Source: Macrostomum lignano (lineage: Eukaryota). From it: DNA of 64,000 nt. Both the position numbers and the translations under genes were made by a program. Position 1 is the stretch's first letter, and every line of letters begins with the position of its first letter. A model generated the notes under the pieces. The model was not told where the DNA came from. It did not search any database and worked only from the letters and a program-made list of their open reading frames with translations. Positions 59,401 through 64,000 of this stretch are shown piece after piece. The stretch covers positions 150,259 through 214,258 of the forward strand of contig NIVC01002001.1 of NCBI GenBank assembly GCA_002269645.1. Reading direction: 5' to 3'.

Positions 59401-61175
59401 CCTTCTCCCTCTCCCTCTCCCTCTCTCTCTCTCTCTCCCTTTCCTTCTCCCTCTCCTCTCTCTCCCTCTCCCTCTCCCTCTCCCTCTCCCTTTCCTTCTC
59501 CGTCTCCCTCTCCTGTCTCTCTCCCTTTCCTTCTCCCTCTACCTCTCCATCTCCCTTTCCTTCTCCTCTCCCTCTCCCTCTCTCTCTCTCTCCCTTTCCT
59601 TCTCCTCTCCCTCTCTCTCCCTCTCCTCTCCTGTCTCTCTCCCTTTCCTTCTCCCTCTCCCTCTCTCTCCCCTTTCCTTCTCCCTCTCCTCTCTCTCCCT
59701 CTCCCTCTCCTTCTCCTGTCTCCTTTTCCCTCTCCCTCTCCCTCTCCTGTCTCCTTTTCCCTCTCCCTCTCCCTCTCCCTCTCCTGTCTCCTTTTCCCTC
59801 TCCCTCTCCCTCTCTCTCCCTCCGTCCCCTCTGCCTCTCATTTTCCGTGCATTTCACAGTGTCACCCCAGAATGAATTGGCTCTGTCTAACACAGCGCCT
59901 CACCTCCTGAACCCAAACACCCAATCAGCTGACTCTGTCAAACGACGGCCACAAGCTGCTGGTCAGCATGGGCTCCGACCTGGTGATCAAAATTGGCCAA
60001 GGCGACAAGATGTACTACACTGCCAGCCAGCTGCACTGGCACTGGGCGCCGACAACAGACGAGGCTCCGAGCACACGATGGAGGGTCGAGCCTACCCCCT
60101 GGAGGGCCATCTGGTGTTTTACAACAGCTACGATTATGCCAATTTCAGCGTTGCAGTGCACGAAGTCGGCGGCCTGGCTGTGCTGGGTGTTTTCTACGAA
60201 TTGTCCGACACTGATAACCCCTGCCTGCCTGCGGCTGGAGCCCTACCTGCCTCAGCTGGTCAATTTCAGTGAGTCTGCCACCTCTGCTTATTTGATCCTA
60301 ATTGGACATGACAATTAATTGAATCTCATCTCATCTGGTCTCATTTTAGCTAGTCTTACCCCATCCAATCTAATCCCATCTGTAATCTCATCCTATCTAA
60401 TCTCACCACATTTAATCCCAGTCTCATCAAATCTCGCCCCATCCAATTTCACCGCATCCTATCTCACCCCATCAAACCTCACCTTATCCAATCTCACCCC
60501 CTCGATGCATTCTCACCCCATCAAATCTCACCCCATCAAATCTCACCCCATCAAATCTCACCCCGTCAAATCTCACCCCATCAAATCTCACCCCATCAAA
60601 TCTCACCCCATCAAATCCCACCCAGCAAATCTCACCCCATCAAATCTCACCCCATCAAATCTCACCCCATCAAATCTCACTCCATCAAATCTCACCCATC
60701 AAATCTCACCCCATCAATCGATCCCAACCGCAGAGACATCCGTGGACGTGAAGTTCAACTCCTCCGACTTCAACTTTGTTGACGCCTTCCTGCCGAAGTA
60801 CCGGCGCTATTTCTATCGCTACGAAGGCGGCCTGACCACGCCGACCTGCAACGAGAACGTGCTGTGGACCGTCTTCCGCTCGGCGTCACAGGTGAGCGCC
60901 GCCAGCTCAAGCTGCTCCGCTCGCTGCGCTACCCGAGCGCAAGGCCATGTGTGGACAATTACCGGCCGCCGCAGCCGCTGAACTCGCCGCACAGGCCCGG
61001 CGCGAATCGACTGGTCTATCGGACTTTCGACCGGCGCGGCCGAGCTTCCGGAGACTCCCGGCTTTCTCGTCGACGTCCCCGGCGACACCTGCGGCGCTTT
61101 GGGCAGCGCCGGCGGCGCCTCCGCCGTTGCGCTGCTCCCGCCGCCGTCTTGTCGGGCTGGCGAGCAATTTATTGA
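56472..61175 (+). CDS. CA: Alpha carbonic anhydrase, signal peptide, possibly GPI-anchored; 3 exons with several 1-bp frameshifts as assembled
   Basis: Exon 1 is 56472-56747 ([20 protein letters not shown]). Exon 2 is 59929-60268 ([22 protein letters not shown]). Exon 3 starts at 60734 ([33 protein letters not shown]). The three zinc His are retained. Frameshifts are needed near 60061, 60218 and 60900. The C-terminal end is uncertain. Confidence 0.85.
56765..59840. repeat. 3.1-kb CT-rich low-complexity tract in CA intron 1
   Basis: Almost pure C/T, with occasional gt. It explains the spurious SL-rich and ER/GE-rich ORFs. Confidence 0.95.
60330..60720. repeat. 15-bp minisatellite (aatctcaccccatca) in CA intron 2
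   Basis: Degenerate at the 5' end and near-perfect at 60500-60720, ending ~13 nt before the acceptor. Confidence 0.9.
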
Positions 61176-61769
61176 TTTTTCTCGCCGCTTTTAAAATAAT
61201 CCGAAAATACGCTAATCAGGCTACTAACTTCTATTTAACTAGTAGTAAGAAAACGTTTTATCGTTTTTATCGTGTGAACAATTTTTTTTAATTGGCTTTA
61301 TTGATAGCAATTTTTAGTTTACGATTTTTGCTAGCAATTCATAAACATTTCTTTTACCAAATTTAATAATTCAAGCCAGGGTATCGCAGCTGAAGGATTA
61401 GCCACATTCTGACCAATAGTATGTTGCAATTTTATATAGCTTCTGCCTCGATTTTCTTTATCATAATTTGTACTACTCAATAAAATATCCTGCTTCTTTA
61501 ATTTATCCTTAAACTGAATAATCTAGATATCCCGCTTTGAACTGATTAGTTCATTTTTATTTATAATTTCGCTTTATCCCTAAAAAAGTTTTAATTAAAT
61601 ATCAATTTATTTCGCGGACAAAAAAATGAAAATAAACCAAATATTTGAATTTCAGCACATTTTTGCTTGATCGCAACTTGCAATGACGGTCGGGTGTTTT
61701 TATTTGCAATCTTTTTATCAAGCCTTGACTTCTTGAACAATAACCGTATCTGTGACTTTTTATGAACCT

Positions 61770-62250
61770 TTGTGTGACTTTATGACCTTTTGTGACATTT
61801 TAAATGACCTTTGTGACTTTATGACCCTATCTGTGACTATTATCCTATCTGTGACTCTGACCCTATCTGTGACTCTGACCCTATCAGTGGCACTATGACC
61901 CTATCTGGGACACTATGACCCTATCTGGGACACTATGACCCTATCTGTGACTCTATGACGCTATATGTGACTCTATTGACCCAGGTGTGATTATTTGACC
62001 CTATCTGTGGCTCTATGACCCTACCTGTGGCTCTATGACCCTATCTGTGGCTCTATGACCCTATCTGTGGCTCTATGACCCTATCTGTGGCTCTATGACC
62101 CTATCTGTGACTCTGACCCTACCTGTGGCTCTATGACCCTATCTGTGGCTCTATGACCCTATCTGTGGCTCTATGACCCTATCTGTGGCTCTATGACCCT
62201 ATCTGTGGCTCTATGACCCTATCTGTGACTCTATGACCCTATCTGTCGTA
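61770..62250. repeat. 19-20-bp minisatellite (tatgaccctatctgtggctc)
   Basis: About 22 units with degenerate edges. Confidence 0.9.
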
Positions 62251-62544
62251 GAGTCACTGTCATGGAGTCCCTATCTGTGACTTTGTAACCATTGTGCATG
62301 ACTTTATAAGGGTTTTACCCTTACATGTATGTGACAATTATGAGCCTATCTGTGACTGATTAACCTATGGCTCCTACATGTAATGCGTGACTCAATGATT
62401 ATCTGTAACTCTGTGATCCCCTATTCTCTGTGACTGTATGACTGTTTAAATAAAAATTGTATTAGTATAATATTATTAATATTACTACATGCATGTAGAT
62501 TATATCAGATTAGTAGATCAAAGCGTAAATACATGTATCATCAC

Positions 62545-63885
62545 TAGCCCCATATCCCCAATCCATTATCCTCAACCCATATCCTCAATCCCATTATCCT
62601 CAACCCCATATCCTCAATCCCATATCCTCAACCCCATATCCTCAATCCCATTATCCTCAACCCATATCCTCAATCCCATTATCCTCAACCCCATATCCTC
62701 ATCCCATTATCCTCAACCCCATATCATCAATCCCATATCCTCAACCCCATATCCTCAACCCCATATCTCAACCCCATATCCTCAATCCATATCCTCAACC
62801 CCATATCCTCAATCCCATATCCTCAACCCCATATCCTCAACCCCATATCCTCAATCCCATTATCCTCAACCCCATATCCTCAATCCCATATCCTTAACCC
62901 CATATCATCAATCCCATATCCTCAACCCCATATCCTCAACCCCATTATCCTCAACCCCATATCCTCAACCCCATATCCTCAATCCATATCCTCAACCCAT
63001 ATCCTCAATCCCATATCCTCAACCCCATATCCTCAATCCCATATCCTCAATCCCATATCCTCAATCCCATATCCTTAATCCGATATACTCTATCCATATC
63101 CTCAACCCCATATCCTCAATCCCATATCCTCAACCCCATATCCTCAATCCCATATCCTCAATCCCATTATCCTCACCCATATCCTTAATCCGATATACTC
63201 TTATCCATATCCTCAACCCCATATCCTCAACCCCATATCCTTAATCCGATATACTCTATCCCATATCCTCAACCCCATATCCTCAACCCCATATCCTCAA
63301 CCCCATATCCTCAATCCCATATCCTCAACCCCATATCCTCATCCCATATCCTCAACCCATATCCTCAATCCCATATCCTCAATCCCATTATCCTCAACCC
63401 CATATCCTTAATCCGATATCCTCTATCCCATATCCTCAACCCCATATACCCAACCCATATCCTCAATCCCATATCCTCAACCCCATATCCTCAATCCCAT
63501 ATCCACAACCCCATATCCTCAATCCCATATCCTCAATCCCATTATCCTCAACCCCATATCCTTAATCCGATATCCTCTATCCCATATCCTCAACCCCATA
63601 TACCCAAACCCCATATCCTCAATCCCATATCCTCAACCCCATATCCTCAACCCATATCCCCAATCCCATATCCTCAATCCTATTATCCTCAATCCCACAT
63701 CCGCAATCCTATTATCCTCAATCCCACATCCGCAATCCTATATCCTCAATCCCACATCCGCAATCCTATTATTCCCAATCCCACATCCGCAATCCTATTA
63801 TTCCAATCCCACATCCGCAATCCTATTATTCCCAATCCACATCCGCAATCCTATTATTCTCAATCCCACATCCGCAATCCTATAC
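62545..63885. repeat. 14-bp minisatellite (atatcctcaa[c/t]ccc) grading into a ~29-bp derivative at ~63680-63885
   Basis: The array is directly visible. Confidence 0.9.
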
Positions 63886-64000
63886 ATGTACTTTCTGTAA
63901 CTCAAATCCTCAATACTAAGCGCTATCCTGGATCCATACCTTCATCCCTGACTCTTACATGTATATCTCATATCATCCCGGTGTGCTCAACGAGCCCAGA

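Noticed and set aside
56418-60272. 1284-aa SL/P-rich ORF and the antisense ER/GE-rich ORFs
   Set aside because: They arise from the stop-free CT tract inside CA intron 1, which has a clear donor at 56748 and acceptor at 59928.

Overview
Eukaryotic (metazoan) genomic DNA with GT-AG spliced genes, GC-rich exons, AT-rich spacers and a minisatellite in many introns. The style suggests a repeat-rich invertebrate such as the flatworm Macrostomum, which is inference only. Host genes: a 4-exon SERINC (minus), a PP1 glycogen-targeting subunit PPP1R3/CBM21 (minus), three tandem 9-exon secreted phospholipase B1-like GDSL lipases (plus), a divergent intronless RPS18, and an alpha carbonic anhydrase with a 3.2-kb CT-rich intron and several 1-bp frameshifts. 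Mobile DNA: a defective FLYWCH-MULE (Phantom-like) element with an 8-bp TSD, a 1.8-kb nested foldback element, a 5'-truncated LOA/R1-like LINE with intact ORF2 inserted in a minisatellite with an apparent 56-bp TSD, a complete 4.67-kb Ty3/Gypsy element with a -1 frameshift pseudoknot, and an hAT MITE carrying a tandem array. There is also a 5.4-kb 20-bp satellite with higher-order structure. No CRISPR, rRNA or tRNA genes were seen. I found no clearly new multi-gene system. The most promising leads are the link between minisatellites and splice signals, possible minisatellite targeting by the LINE, exon-restricted homogenisation of the lipase paralogs, and the divergent RPS18.
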